From: Octopus sinensis
Taxonomy: Eukaryota
Direction of reading: 5' to 3'
DNA: 64,000 bases
Assembly: GCF_006345805.1 (NCBI RefSeq)
Contig: NC_043016.1
Span: 27,962,001-28,026,000 of the forward strand
The number at the start of each line of letters is the position of its first letter. The first letter of the stretch is position 1. The notes below the pieces were generated by a model that was not told the origin of the DNA, made no database searches, and saw only the letters and a list, made by a program, of their open reading frames with translations. Position numbers and translations under genes: made by a program. Below, piece by piece: positions 1-12,562 of the stretch.

Positions 1-1330
1 ATGTTTGCAAGAATGTTTCTCAAGAGGTTTAACAATGGTCTTTCAGGAGAAAATGCATGATCTCTTCTGTGGTGGAGGTTTGACTATCAGAAATTTTCAA
101 TGCAACGCTAGATGACATGATGTAGCCAAAAATCTCCCTGGTCTGCGGTCTTTGCTTGACACATCTGCATTTCTTGTTTCTAGTTGAGTGGTTTTCAAAA
201 GCAATATTTGCTATGCTTTTCTTAGTGATCGAGTGTTTGATCTCTTCACTGTTTCTAGTAATCCAGTTTTGGTACTGGTGCTTAGAGTAGCTAATGACTT
301 TGTCTGCAGTAGATGTTATAGCTTTCAGGCAGCATGTTCCAATTATTTGCTGAAGGATTCCTGTTCTGTTTTACCTCAGATGCTGATTAGCTTCCAATTT
401 GGGAAGCTTGGTATATATTCCAGCATTCTTCAGCTTGTGACAGCCATATCTTGGTTTGTGCTTTTGAGTGTTAGGATTCTGAAGTGGTGGATGAATGGAA
501 GAGTTGATTGGTTCAGCAACCATCAACCACTGATAAGGATATGGTGATTCTCATGTCCTTCTTGTCTTGGATCCTTGACAGTACGTAATCCAGAATATGC
601 CTCTGTTTTGACCTTGGATGTTGCCAGGTTGTGTCGTGGCCAGTTAGAAGACAGAAGTTGGTGGTTGTAACTGTCCAAGGAAGAGGAGTCTGTTGGAATT
701 GCAGTTTCCATTCCCTTGTTTGCTGATACCTTGCCAGTGATCATGACTGAATTGGGTGTTGAAGTCACCCAAGATGGTCAGTTTATCATTTTGTGGAAAA
801 GCTTGGATGGTAACATTGAGTCATTGAAAGCATTTTCACTTTTGTCATCTGAGTGAATAATCGGAGAAGAGGCAGATGGCCACGAAAAGTGGAATTCAGA
901 TGGACATCAGACATTCACATGTTGATGTTGGGGTCGTGTATTTGTTGACCAGCTTGTTTTTCATGGCAAGTCCAATGTCATAGAGGCAAGATTTAATGGC
1001 ATCCTTCCTTTCCAAAAGAACGTGTAGCCAACCTCTTTGATGCAGACTTCTGGAGAAATGAGTTCCACTTAGAGCTGTTACAGTGATGTTGTATCGGATG
1101 AGTTCTTGAGATGCATGGTATGCCTTTCAGGTCCATATGTAGTTTGCATGTTCGTCAGAATTCTTATTTTCATGCTCCCAAAATCAGAGAGTTAGATCAA
1201 AAGGTTTGATGATGAGGTAGGGTTTCAGTCTGAGATTGAGATTTTTCACTGCTGCAATAGGTGTCTGCCAGTTGCAGGAAGATGAGGAGATCAGTGTCTG
1301 ATAATTACCCCACGTTTTCTACAGGCTTCC
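1..1330 (-). mobile_element. Degenerate RTE-clade LINE, ORF2 AP-endonuclease region
   Basis: Minus-strand translation gives IKEVGYTFFWKGR (~1000-1045) and PQNDKLTILGDFNT (~720-770), typical RTE endonuclease motifs; stops and frameshifts throughout; lies in an eIF4G intron. Confidence 0.75.
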
Positions 1331-2130
1331 CTGTACAGGGAGGGCTACAGTGGTCCTAAATAGACCAGGTCTGATGTGTACAGCTGCCAAAATCCTCCAT
1401 CACTTCTATTTCAACTACCATGTGCATGTCACTAATGTCTCTTCAAGAGATAGAAGCAAGCTTCTAGCTTATGAACCAGGCTTGCTTCTGCTGCTCAAAG
1501 AGACGTCGCCTTTGGACTTGAAGAATTTGAGGTGGAGAGCATCATGCTGGGTTTAGATGAACTGTTTGCATACAAGGTGCCTGCACATTTCACTCAGTCA
1601 TACTCCATAGCTCATCATGTTCTTGAACAATGGAGCTGTGTCAAGCTGACAAAGCCTACATCTTTCAAGGGTCACCTTGATGCCAATCCAAAGCCTATTG
1701 CTTTGAGGTTTTTGACAGGCTTACACAGCTACTGTAGTTGCCCGAGATCAGCAAAGACATAACTGTACTTCACCCTGCCAAGCAATATTCTACTTTGGCA
1801 TTTCCCAGGATCTACAACTAGGATGTAGGAGTTTGGTTTTGGATCCCTTTAATAATGGATGTCTTATAGAGAACACTGAAACAACAAAATCTTAATAAAC
1901 CTAATTAAAAGAACAAATGCTTAGGCCTGGAGAAAAGAATAATACCACCATTTGAAGATATTATTCCCACCATGATGTGAAGGATTAGATACTTATTCCC
2001 CTCCTATCTTCAATGAGGTAATCTTTGTCATATATTGAATCATTGGCAGCTATTTGAAAAAATATGTCACTCATCAGAAGCTTTTTGTTTTTAAATATTG
2101 CATTAATTTTTTCATTCATGAATATTTTAG

Positions 2131-2274
2131 ATAAAGGTCCCTTCATCATCACACCAAGGCACAGTGAACTTCCGAGATACTTTATTAAATCGATGTCAAG
2201 TTGAATTTGAAAAGCATTCTTCTGAAGAAGCTGACCTCATTAAAAAGCAGAAGGAGCTCGAGAATGCTGATAGT
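2131..2274 (+). CDS. EIF4G: eIF4G internal exon (MIF4G): IKVPSSSHQGTVNFRDTLLNRCQVEFEK...ENADS
   Basis: tttag/gtaagt junctions, phase 0-0; matches the eIF4G1 VNFRKLLLNRCQKEFEK motif. Confidence 0.93.
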
Positions 2275-2928
2275 GTAAGTATAACTTTAGAAATACAAGT
2301 GGCTATAGTACAAATATTTTGCTGAGATCTTCATTTAACTCCCTTACTTTCATATTTCAGAATGTTTTTGGTGTACAGGTAGCAATTTAGTAACTTATTT
2401 GTTGTCTCTAGTCTGAGAACTTAAGTTTATTACAATCAACAATGTGCAACTATTGGAAAGGAAAATTCCTGTGATGGGATTGCACATTCACATTAGCATA
2501 TTAATGGACTTGATTGAAATATTGCAGCAAAACTTTTGATTTTTACTAGATATGTTGTCTGTAATTAGTTTTAAGCCCGACAACATTCTCTTAAATTACT
2601 GGATTCAGTTCTTTATAACAATTTACCATTAGCCTCCAGGTCATCCCTTATCTTTTGTATGATGAGACATTTGGAACTACATTATATTCTACAAATATCA
2701 CTTAATATCTTGAGGGAGGCAGGGAAGATGATTTAGCTACTTCATAGATGTTAAAATATTTTGGTAGCCGTTGGTTAGGTTGTTGATATTTCACCTAATT
2801 TTGTCTTTATAGTTTGAGATAGATCTTAGTTTTGTTAAAGAAAAAAAAAAGTTTTTCTAGAAGGCTTTTTATCTGAATTTTAGTGTTTGTGGAACGGGAA
2901 ATAAAATCTCCGTATTTGTTATTCTCAG

Positions 2929-3008
2929 GATGAAACTAAAAAGAGGTTAAAAGAAGAGTTAGAAGAAGCATTTTCAGCTGCTAAGAGACGATCGATAGGA
3001 AACATACG
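2929..3008 (+). CDS. EIF4G: eIF4G exon (MIF4G): DETKKRLKEELEEAFSAAKRRSIGNIR
   Basis: cag/gtgagt; matches RLKEELEEA...RRSLGNIK. Confidence 0.95.
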
Positions 3009-3281
3009 GTGAGTTTTTTTTTCTCCCCCTCTCCCATCTTGTTTCTAGTATTATGTACCTGTCTCAATACAAAACATACTCCTGCTTCTTATATGTTTGA
3101 GAAATTAAATGATCATTTACTTCCACTGAGTTTCAGTTGGATGCATTCATTTTTCCTCCTTTCCCTCTGCACTAAAATACAGCACATTTGCACAATAATA
3201 GTTGATGCTGATATATGAAAACCTAAGTTTATTCAGTTAGTTTTAATCACCTTGCATATTTTTTGTTTCAATTTACTGTAG

Positions 3282-3438
3282 GTTTATTGGTGAACTTTTT
3301 AAATTAAACATGTTAACAGAGAAAATTATGCATGATTGTGTTAGTAATTTGCTAAAATCCAGAGATGAAGAGAGTTTAGAGTGTTTATGTCGCTTGTTGA
3401 AAACAGTTGGCAAGGAAGTGGATTCCGACGTATCAAAA
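3282..3438 (+). CDS. EIF4G: eIF4G exon (MIF4G): [20 protein letters not shown]...[24 protein letters not shown]
   Basis: tag/gtgagt; hallmark FIGELFKL and [11 protein letters not shown] motifs. Confidence 0.97.
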
Positions 3439-3695
3439 GTGAGTTTTGTTTTTTTTTATCTATTTACAAGTTAATATTTAATGAGGTCAAATCTTTGTGG
3501 AAGTAAAATGTAAATCTTTCTATAATGCAAAATATTCAATAAAAAGATTTGCCTGGAAATTCATGCACCTTTTGATAAAATTTTTATGCTACAAAATGAA
3601 AAAGATGCATAGCAGTTTGCACTTTGAAGTTGAATGGAAAAAAATAAATCCCTTTTCAGTTAATCAATTAATTATTTTATTTTATTTTTACATAG

Positions 3696-3993
3696 GGTAC
3701 TATGAAAATATATTTCCAACAAATGAAAGAAATTGTTAGTGAAAAGAAGACCTCATCACGGGTACGTTTCATGTTACAAGATGCTATTGAACTACGCGAG
3801 AACAATTGGGTTCCAAGAAGGGCTGAGAATAACCCAAAGACAATACAGCAGATCCATTTAGAGGCTGCACAAGAAGAGAAGGAACGTAAATTACTCCTGG
3901 AAAATGCAGCTGCAAAACAAAGAATCCTCCATCATCGAGGTGTTGGTAATGGAGCCTCTAACACAGGCATGACTCCTGGACCTGGAGTAAGAG
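3696..3993 (+). CDS. EIF4G: eIF4G exon (end of MIF4G): GTMKIYFQQM...KKTSSRVRFMLQDAIELRENNWVPRR...
   Basis: tag/gttagt; KKTSSRxRFMLQD..WVPRR is eIF4G1/3-type rather than DAP5-type; phase 1 end fits the next exon. Confidence 0.95.
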
Positions 3994-4335
3994 GTTAGTC
4001 TTATGATATTGACAAATTTGATATACTTAAAATGTTTTTTTTTTAAAGGCTCAAGTGTTTAAATAAAGAATCTCCGACACATTTGCTCTGATAAAGAACC
4101 AATGACAAATTTATAGGAATACAACCTACAATTCTCATTCTGTAACTCATTTGTTCTCTGAAGATATTTTATTGCTAAAACTGAGTATTTTACTTTTACA
4201 AAATAATACTGATCCAAAACATTTGTCTATTTTTGTAAAGTTCTATATGCTGTCTTATTCATTTAATACAGTAGTATGTTGGTTTACGAATGTCTCTGAT
4301 CACGAACAAAATATGCTTTATTTTTTTTATATATA

Positions 4336-4710
4336 CACTACCGTCAGAAATTAATTAACACCCCTGATTTGCTCTTCACTCAAGGTATGTGCTGTCACCT
4401 AGTGGCCATATCTCGAACTATTGCTTTGTTGCGAGTTCACTGTTGCGCAGAACGATGACGTAACTTTGTTTGCAGAGCAGTTTGAGAGTCTACAGCCTTA
4501 TGATGTTGACATAGCAGTGCAACAACTTGGAGTGCGGATGCAGACAAATCTTCCTTTGTTTAATAGATATAGGTAGCGCCTCGCAAGGACCGAAATCACA
4601 CCATACTAAGTTTTCTCATCGCGTAAGGCGTTTTGAACAGCTCATAAGGTTAATTGATTTAACCTATTTAATGTAGAAATTTGAGAAGTGCTAATTAATT
4701 TCTGACGCAA

Positions 4711-4713
<3 letters not shown>
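4336..4713. mobile_element. Non-autonomous Tc1/mariner-type MITE
   Basis: ~30-bp imperfect TIRs CACTACCGTCAGAAATTAATTAACAC / GTGCTAATTAATTTCTGACGCAAGTG, flanked by TA on both sides; no ORF. Confidence 0.8.
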
Positions 4714-4744
<31 letters not shown>

Positions 4745-4746
<2 letters not shown>

Positions 4747-5380
4747 CCTTTCTGTCCCCTCCCTTTCTCAGCCTTCATTCTTTCTGGTTTCCTTTTCTTC
4801 TACCTTACTATCTCCCCCCCCTCTCTCATTCTTCATTCTTTCTGGTTTCCTCACAACCATTCCCTTTTTTTCTCTCCCTTTCTCTTGCTCCCGCGACGAG
4901 AGCTCTGCTACTGTCTTTCTGACCCAGCTTCCTTGAAGTGTAAACGGCATTTTCTGTTGCTCCTTCGCCGTTCTCAAAAATAGCGTTCGTAACACTTTAT
5001 CTCGTTCGGCTTAACAGCCCTTCTTGTCTTGTTATTCTCCTTGTCCTGTTTTTGTTACCATTTTTACCCCTCCGCATATTTTGTTTAATTTACTTTTCAC
5101 GGGAAGGAAAGTTTCTATCGAAGATGCATATCGCCTTCACCTTCGAAAAACCATGGCGACTGAAGAAGGGAATTTTCCTTGTGTTATTTGTCCTGTACTC
5201 TATTTTTTCGTTGTTTAAGAAAAATGTCCAGTTCCTTGGTTTTGTGTTTATGCTTTCGTTTCTCATTGTGTTCGGCGTTTTTTTGGTGTCCTGTACCCAT
5301 ATATGCATGTATATATACATGTAGAGGTATGTACGTACATATATGTATGTATATATGCATGTTTTATTTATTAATTCATT
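4745..5380. repeat. Interspersed repeat bounded by (TA)n, possibly a Penelope-like terminal repeat
   Basis: 5250-5345 recurs as both arms of the hairpin at 19694-19891; Penelope assignment is inference. Confidence 0.55.
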
Positions 5381-5635
5381 ATATATATTTATTTGTATGT
5401 ATATTTGTAAAGCATAGTTGGTTCACGATCAGAACTGAGGTACTACTGTATATTTTACTAGTTTGAGAATTATAATTTGTTCTAATATAGTTTAATTTTG
5501 ATTGATCAGAAAATACTTAGTTATTGATAAATTGGTTCATATTATATTACTAAAGCTTACAACAGTTATGTTTACAAGCACTTTCGAATATTTTATTTCA
5601 GTATTTATTGTTTGCATAAAACTTCTTTCTTGTAG

Positions 5636-5742
5636 CATCTCAAGGACGGGTTCCGTCAATGGGTGGTGCAGGTGGAGTAGAGGAGGGTTGGACTCCAGTG
5701 AGATCGTCAAAACTTGACATAAATAAATTACGACTGCCATGG
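5636..5742 (+). CDS. EIF4G: eIF4G linker exon: ASQGRVPSMGGAGGVEEGWTPVRSSKLDINKLRLPW
   Basis: tag/gtatgt; resembles the eIF4G DGGWNTV..IDxSRL linker motif; phases fit. Confidence 0.85.
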
Positions 5743-6709
5743 GTATGTATCACTGAATTGTAGGGAATTTGCTATTTGATAATTTATAAAGTAAAATATA
5801 ATTTTAAAATTGCAGGAATAAATTATAGATCTAAATCAAATATTGAAAAAATTCATCACATTCAACAGTTTACTATGAAAAATGTAATTAAGAATAGCAG
5901 CGTTCATAAAGTTTAGTGTCGTTAATTCTAAAAATTGGTTGACAATCAATTTTCTGTTTGCCTATAACACTCATATTATTACATTCATTTTGCATTGCTT
6001 GTGTTGTCACAATGAAGTGCCATTTACTCTAAATTTATTAGTCAATATCAAATATTATAATCTTAGCAATTTTGTGTTTGCTTCAGTATTGCTTTTAGTA
6101 TGGGAGAATCTACAATTGCTAAAACTCCTTTTATTTCAACTGTGATTTGGAGTACTTCAAAAGACAGTGGTTTGAAATTCTTAATTCAGACAATATTGTG
6201 GCTTCAAAGAAACAAGTATTTGAAATCTTGTAAACAGGTTCCATGCTACCTATACAAGCATTGAAAAGTTGGTACTGAAATGAAGATGTTATATAGGCCC
6301 ATTAGAATATTAATTCATGTGTATGAAGATGAATTTTGCAATAGTTTCATTTTTCTTGATGAAATCATCATCAATGGAAATAATTGATTGCTTGGTAGAA
6401 TGAAAGAATTCCTGAAATCAGACTTATTTACTAGTTGTATTTTCTAAAATGGAATGTTATGAGACGAATAAAAGTAAATTGATCTTTATTGCTAGTTAAA
6501 GTTTTATTTATTAGCAGCAACAGAATCATTTCTGTTTATATTTAAGTTCAAATATTGTCCTGATCAACTTTGCTTTTCTGAGGTCAGTAAAGAACTAGTC
6601 AAGTAATAACTGAGATCAAGTGAATTGATGCATCCAACCTTCAGACTGCTGACTTCCTGGCTAAATTAGAAATTATTATAATAGTTAATTTTTTTTTTTC
6701 TTTTTTTAG

Positions 6710-6825
6710 AAAAAAAATGAAAATGTTCAATTGGGTCCTGGTGGAGGAAATCCTGCTGGTTGGGGTCGTGGAAGCAGTGGTGGTCTTAAAGGTACACAGG
6801 AATCATCAGAGAAACCTGTAAACAG
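6710..6825 (+). CDS. EIF4G: eIF4G linker exon: KKNENVQLGPGGGNPAGWGRGSSGG...
   Basis: tag/gtattt; WGRGSSGG is a conserved eIF4G linker motif. Confidence 0.92.
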
Positions 6826-7369
6826 GTATTTCATTTTCATAATTTTCATGAATGTCCATTGTTCATTGTTCAAATATCAACATATATAAAGTTAGTAGCT
6901 AATTACATAGCTTACTTAAGAGCCTGAAGTGCTTATCTCCATTTACCATATGAAGCATGTCGATTTGAATAACCAAAAGTAAATCTCGGGGTTCAATATA
7001 CTGTACAACACCTTTTACTAACAATAAAAGGAGAGCCTATGAAGTGTTGACAAAGTTTGTGTGCAATCATGTGTCAGAAAAACTGATCCACATTATGTAT
7101 ATATGAAACTTTGTAATAAAGAGTTCTTAGAGTATTTGTCCAAAATAATACTTGGTTCTTTAGAATAGCAGTTCTTGGGGGAAAGCCTGCACTGTTTCAG
7201 TTTCAAACCCATTCATATCTCTAGAATCAATTCGATCCAAATTTTGTTTGACTTAGGTTGTATAGACAAAATGAAGGGAAAATGGGTTTCCTCTTAATTT
7301 ATAGGTTCATAAATTTCTTTTTATTAGTTGAGATAATAAGAGATTCCCTAAAGTACGTCAATCACCATA

Positions 7370-7408
<39 letters not shown>

Positions 7409-9119
7409 TTATTGAACCCGGAGTACTTAGCTCTGGTTTTCAGAAAGACTGCAGGTTATGCTCACTATTGTAGAGATAAAACTTAGGGGTTTAATTCTTT
7501 TAGAAAATAAGATAACTTGTGATATCAACTGAATGTAGGCAGTGATTAAAGAAGTGCTTGGAAGTGCCTTTTATTACGCCTATCTGTATTGAAAATGCTA
7601 ATTTTAAAAAACGAAGAAAAAATTAGTTTTTAATAACTTTCAATATTCTATGGCAAATTTTCTGTCAAAAATGCAGTTGTATAATGATAGTATAATGAAA
7701 TGAACGATAGAAGGGATTAAAGTTTTTTCCCTTACATTAGTTACTCCTTATTGCCTTCAAAATGAATGTAAATGAGGTTAGTCGATTTTTGTGATATCAT
7801 ATGTTTCAGGACTGGGTGACTAATGCAGTCCTGTGCGGTACTGTGTCTTACAGGAAGTTAAGAATAACCTGAAAGAAAAATGACTCAACTATTTACAAGT
7901 AACTATGTTAGACATTTCATAAAGTTGATGTCAAACATCATTCCATACTGGCATGATTTATCACCCCTTTTCCTCTCTACATTCGTATAGGTGTGCTTCA
8001 GTGAAGTTCTAAAATAATTATGGATTTAGACTTCTATAAATTGCTTAAAATTCTTGATTCAAAATTCTTACATAAATCTGACAGGTTTATCTAATTAGAA
8101 TTAAAAAAATTTTCTTTCAAACTTATCACCATACCAGTTTTATTATTATCCAATACCCAGTTATATTAATTAAAAACTATATAGATCTATGCAGAAGCAT
8201 TGTTATTCGTTTTTCATACATTAATGTATTTAAAATATAGGTATAACTTAACAGAATGTTTCAAGAAAACAATGCAAGCGTTTGCACTCCCATAGTAAAT
8301 CATTAGAATAATTAAAACCCCTACATAATGGGTGAATTGAAACTTGCAGCTAACTTAGAAAAACGAAGACAAAGATAAGATATTGAAGCTTGATATAGCT
8401 TTTTAATGGAAAAGTGTTCAAATTTCGTGTAGGCATATCAGATTCCCTTGTTTGCCTTTTATTTTTAATCAAATTGGAATACACAACACTAAACACATTT
8501 TGAATTCTGAGCAGGATTGTTTAAATCTGTTTTCATAAGATTTTGAATATCTTATGTTTTACTTGATGCAGCCATGCTGGAGAACCAGCTTGAAGACTTT
8601 AGTCAAATGAATTGACCACCCCCCAGGAGTGTTTTTTTTTTTTCTTTTTTCTTTTTCTTGAACTGCTGAATTATGGGGGTGTAAATACACGAATACAAAT
8701 TGTCATTGTCGAGCAGTCGGGGGTGAAGGACAGGTATTTATACACCCATGTGTGTGTGTCTTTATCCATCCACATGAGCTTTGAGTTTCTGTCTTCCAAA
8801 TCCACTTACAATGTTATTGTAAAAGACATTTGCCATTTTGTTATTTATTTATTTATTTATTTACTGCAGTAGTATTTATGACATTCAGGGGCATTATTGC
8901 TTGATTTGAAGTTTGATCTTTTAAAATGTCATGTTAAAGGAAAATTTTTTGTAACAGTGTCTAACCCATCTTTACCGTGTAAAGTCATATGTTGTCACTA
9001 ACATAATAGCATGGATAGGTATAGCTAGTTGTTTTGTTAAAATAATGAATGTATTTTATTAGTTACCATAGTTGTGGAGTATAGTATTATACTAAGCTTT
9101 TGATATTTGTTCTTTTCAG

Positions 9120-9305
9120 GTTTTATGCCTTGAGCCGAAATGATGATGACAGTCGAACTTCGATATATCCCCGAAGGGGAGCCAGCCCTGGTCGAAGTGA
9201 AATTGGACGTTCTTTGACATCAAGTTCCAGTGCAAGTAGTAGTGGCTCTAGAAATAAGATTTCATTACAATCTGAAGAAGGTGATAAAGATAGTGGATTG
9301 GCAAG
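9120..9305 (+). CDS. EIF4G: eIF4G Ser-rich linker exon: (NR)FYALSRNDDDSRTSIYPRRGASPGRS...
   Basis: cag/gtgagt; completes the NRFxAL motif; phase 2-2. Confidence 0.88.
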
Positions 9306-9523
9306 GTGAGTTACCATCAAATCTGTGGTTTTTGTCATAGTGCTTCTTAGTATGGAATGTGTCTGATATGTAGGGTGCAAAAATATCTTTGTTAAAAAAC
9401 TGTTGATTTTCTTTCAGTGTTTATCTTAGAATTAATTTTGAAATTATTCATAAATTTTCATCATTTATTCACATGTGATTTTATGAAATTATTGAATAGT
9501 TTGCATCTTTTTTATCGTTACAG

Positions 9524-9653
9524 GAATATTCATAATAGAGGCAGTAGAACTTTATCACAGGTTCCTAGCAGAGAAAGCAGTCAATCTCGAGAAAAATCAT
9601 CAAAGAAAACTGTTGAAATTTTAAATGAATTTTTCAGTTCTAATAATTTGGAA
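9524..9653 (+). CDS. EIF4G: eIF4G exon (start of MA3): ...KKTVEILNEFFSSNNLE
   Basis: cag/gtaagt; matches MA3 helix 1 (KAIIEEYL). Confidence 0.88.
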
Positions 9654-9892
9654 GTAAGTTTTGAAACTTACTATTTTGCTAAATAGATTCTATTTCCTTT
9701 CTAGTAATATTTTAGTAAGACAGTATCAGTTTACTCTGCAGTGTTGATGTTTTGAACAACACATTTCAGTTGATTTCTGTTTTGAGTATAACTTTTTCCC
9801 TTTTTCCTTCTGATGGCTCCATGACGTAAGTGGCATTAGTACAAAATTAATATTACTAATTACCTTGTTTTAAGTTCCATTCTATTACTATT

Positions 9893-9933
<41 letters not shown>

Positions 9934-9988
9934 ATATATATATATTGTATGTGTGTTTGCTTGAACTTGTGTATATTTTATTCCTTAG

Positions 9989-10152
9989 GAGGCAAAGCTC
10001 AGCATTCAGGAACTTTCTGATCAACAAAAGTTTGTAGTTGATGCTTTTAACCTTATTTTGGAACGATCAGAAGCTTCACGGAAACAGTCAGGAAAACTTT
10101 TCTCAGTTATATTGAAAGAAAAAATTATTGAGGGTAAACGATTTACTCAAGG
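9989..10152 (+). CDS. EIF4G: eIF4G MA3 exon: EAKLSIQEL...LERSEASRKQSGKLF...FTQG
   Basis: tag/gtaagt; EA..QEL and LERS..R..G.L pattern. Confidence 0.9.
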
Positions 10153-10346
10153 GTAAGTATAGTCTTGGTTTTGCTTTTTTTCTCTTTTCCTCTGTTTATT
10201 CTTTACAAATATCAATCTGCTGGACTTGTGACTCTAATTTTAATCCATTAGAACATAGAATAACTTTTCAGATTTGTTAGTTTCAATAGCAATTTTAAAA
10301 ATATATGTATAGTAATATTATGATGGCTCATTTGTGTAGTATATGT

Positions 10347-10598
10347 CAGTGTTTCCCAAAGTGATATTGCCCCCTGGGGGTGGTGAAAAGTTCCAAAAGG
10401 GTGTTGATGAAAAGTGGGGTGATAATAGGGTAGCGATTCATGTAAAAACAAAATAATGGGTTCATTAGGTTAAGTTTAATTTGTTAAATACAGTTGCTTT
10501 GAATTTGCTTCTGAACGAAGTTTGATTGGGATGGAGGTACTAGGAATATGGCCTGGGTGTCAAGGGGGTGGCAGCCTGAAAGTGTTTAGGAACCACTA
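10347..10598. mobile_element. hAT (Charlie-like) MITE
   Basis: TIRs CAGTGTTTCCCAAA / TTTAGGAACCACTA; perfect 8-bp TSD GTATATGT (10339-10346 and 10599-10606). Confidence 0.85.
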
Positions 10599-10717
10599 GT
10601 ATATGTGATATAAACAATTTTACATAACTGTGTTTAAAGAAAACTTAGAATTTAAACTTCTAAAGTGAAATTAAATGACGTATTAAATACCTTATTATTA
10701 TATGCATAAGTTTTATG

Positions 10718-11590
10718 TACAAGGGTTGGCTGAAAGTTCATTGGCAGGCCAAACATTTTCATGGAAAGTGGCTAAATGAGAGATTTTTCAATTTAGTTTC
10801 CTTTCCGGTCCATTGGTGTTGCAGTTCTTGGATCCTATTAGTGAAGGAGCTTTCATTCTGTTAGCAACTGGTTTGATGTCGCCATCACTGCCACACCGGC
10901 TCCAGACCAGGTGTTTTTTCATGTTTGGGAACAGATAGTCAGGAGGGGTCAAATCTGAGGGATAGAGAGGTTGATCAACCAGTGATGTTTAGCAGCTGTT
11001 GAAAACAAGGACTTCTGTGTTGGAGTAAGTGTCCTGATGAAACAAAATACCTTTTGTCAGTTTTCCTGTGCATTTGGTCTTGATAGCCTTTCATAAGTAC
11101 TTTGGCAAGTTGGCATAGTACTTTCCTTATGTGATGTGGCGCAACTGAAGATGGTCAATAAGCGCAATTTCTTTTGCATCCTCAAGAACTGAGGCTGGAT
11201 TTTTCCACTGAATGGATTGTCACTGGCCCAAAATGGTGAACCTAACAACAGGAACCTTCATTATTCATTGTGCAGAATGTTCTCAACGCTCTCATGGGAT
11301 ATGCTAGTGGTATTGGCTACTTTATTATGTCAATCACCTGCTGTCCATCATCATGTTTTCCTTGGTGGTGGCAGTTGCAGGACATCCAGACTGTTGGTCA
11401 TCTTCAGCACTCTATCTTCCTTTCCTAAATTCAGCTGCTCACTTTTGCACTGTTGACAAAATTGGAGCATCATCTCCTAATGTAGCAACCATGTTGGCAT
11501 GAATGTCTTTAGGGCCCAAGCCCTTTGCTGCTGGTACTTGATGACACCAAGATTCTAAATTTTGTCAATTTTTAAGAGATGCCTACTATT
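10718..11590 (-). mobile_element. Decayed mariner transposase
   Basis: Minus frames give GVIKY, STVQK*AAEFRKGR..EDDQQSGCPATATT and SDLTPPDYLFPNMKKHL. Confidence 0.8.
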
Positions 11591-11599
11591 AGGTTTATT

Positions 11600-12562
11600 A
11601 AGCTAAATCTTTTAATGCTTCATTGAACGCAACTAAAAAATTTATGGTGATGATGTAAGTGAATCAATTGTTTGCAGGTGGTTTGCAAAATTTAAAGCTG
11701 GAGAGTTTAGCTTGGAAGATTACAGTTGCAGTGGAAGACCGTTGAAATTGGATGATGTTTGAAGGCAAAAATCAAAAAAAGCCTCAAATATCATGACTAG
11801 GATACATTTCTCGCTATAATGTATGGGTCCTTCACAAACTCAGATAAGAATTGCTTTGACTTGTATATCATTTGTGATATGCTTTTGAAACAATGAAAAC
11901 ATGTCTTTTTGAAACAACTTGTGACTGGAAATGAAAAACGAATTGTGTACAAAACAGTGTGAAGAAAATCCTTGAGTTAGCATAAAGATCCCCCAAGAGG
12001 GCAACCAAAGATGAATATTCATGCCAAAAAAGCCATGCTTTCTGTTTGGTTGGATCATAATTGCATTATGAGCTCCCACAAAACCAGACCATTAATTCTG
12101 ATGTACTGTTGTCAGGTAGCTAATTTGAACCAAAAAACTCAAAGAATTGAGGCCAGAGATTGCCAACAGGAAAGGGGTGGTGTTCCAGCAAGACAATGCC
12201 CATTCACATTTACCTTTGGCTACCTGAACAAATTTACATGAACTTAGCTGGGATCTCTTACCCCATCTACCATATTCTCCTGATATTGCATCACCCGACT
12301 ACCACTTGTCTTTGTCTCTACAGACATCATTGCAAGGAAAAACACATTTAATGATTTAGGAGTCAAAATGCATCTAAACTATTTCTTCAAAACCAGTCAT
12401 ATTTTATGCTGATGGAATATTTAAATTGCCTGATAGATGGGCAAAGGTCATTAATAATAATGGAAATTATTTCATTGAATAAAATTTATTGAAAGGTCAG
12501 TTATTTATATATCTTTTTGCATATTAAAAAGAAACACTCAGAACTTTCTGGACAACCTTTTA
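11600..12562 (+). mobile_element. Second decayed mariner transposase (different subfamily)
   Basis: CRWFAKFKAGEFSLED, WVLHKL, QDNAHSH and LPYSPDIASPDYHL motifs; TIR-like end at 12541-12562. Confidence 0.8.

Noticed and set aside
188-1762. ORFs of 68-119 aa in the first 1.8 kb
   Set aside because: Antisense or broken frames of the RTE remnant. 1330-1860 may be a second LINE 3' piece but could not be assigned.
3987-3993. Alternative donor GGA|GTAAGA in the eIF4G exon
   Set aside because: Phase 0 would frameshift the next exon; only the donor at 3994 keeps frame.
5110-5185. CGAAA...CTGAAGA hammerhead-like words in the intronic repeat
   Set aside because: No GAAA follows the CTGAAGA hairpin, and no stem I/III or NUH can be drawn.
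7372-7407. (GT)n(GC)4 potential Z-DNA
   Set aside because: Ordinary microsatellite in a genome full of them.
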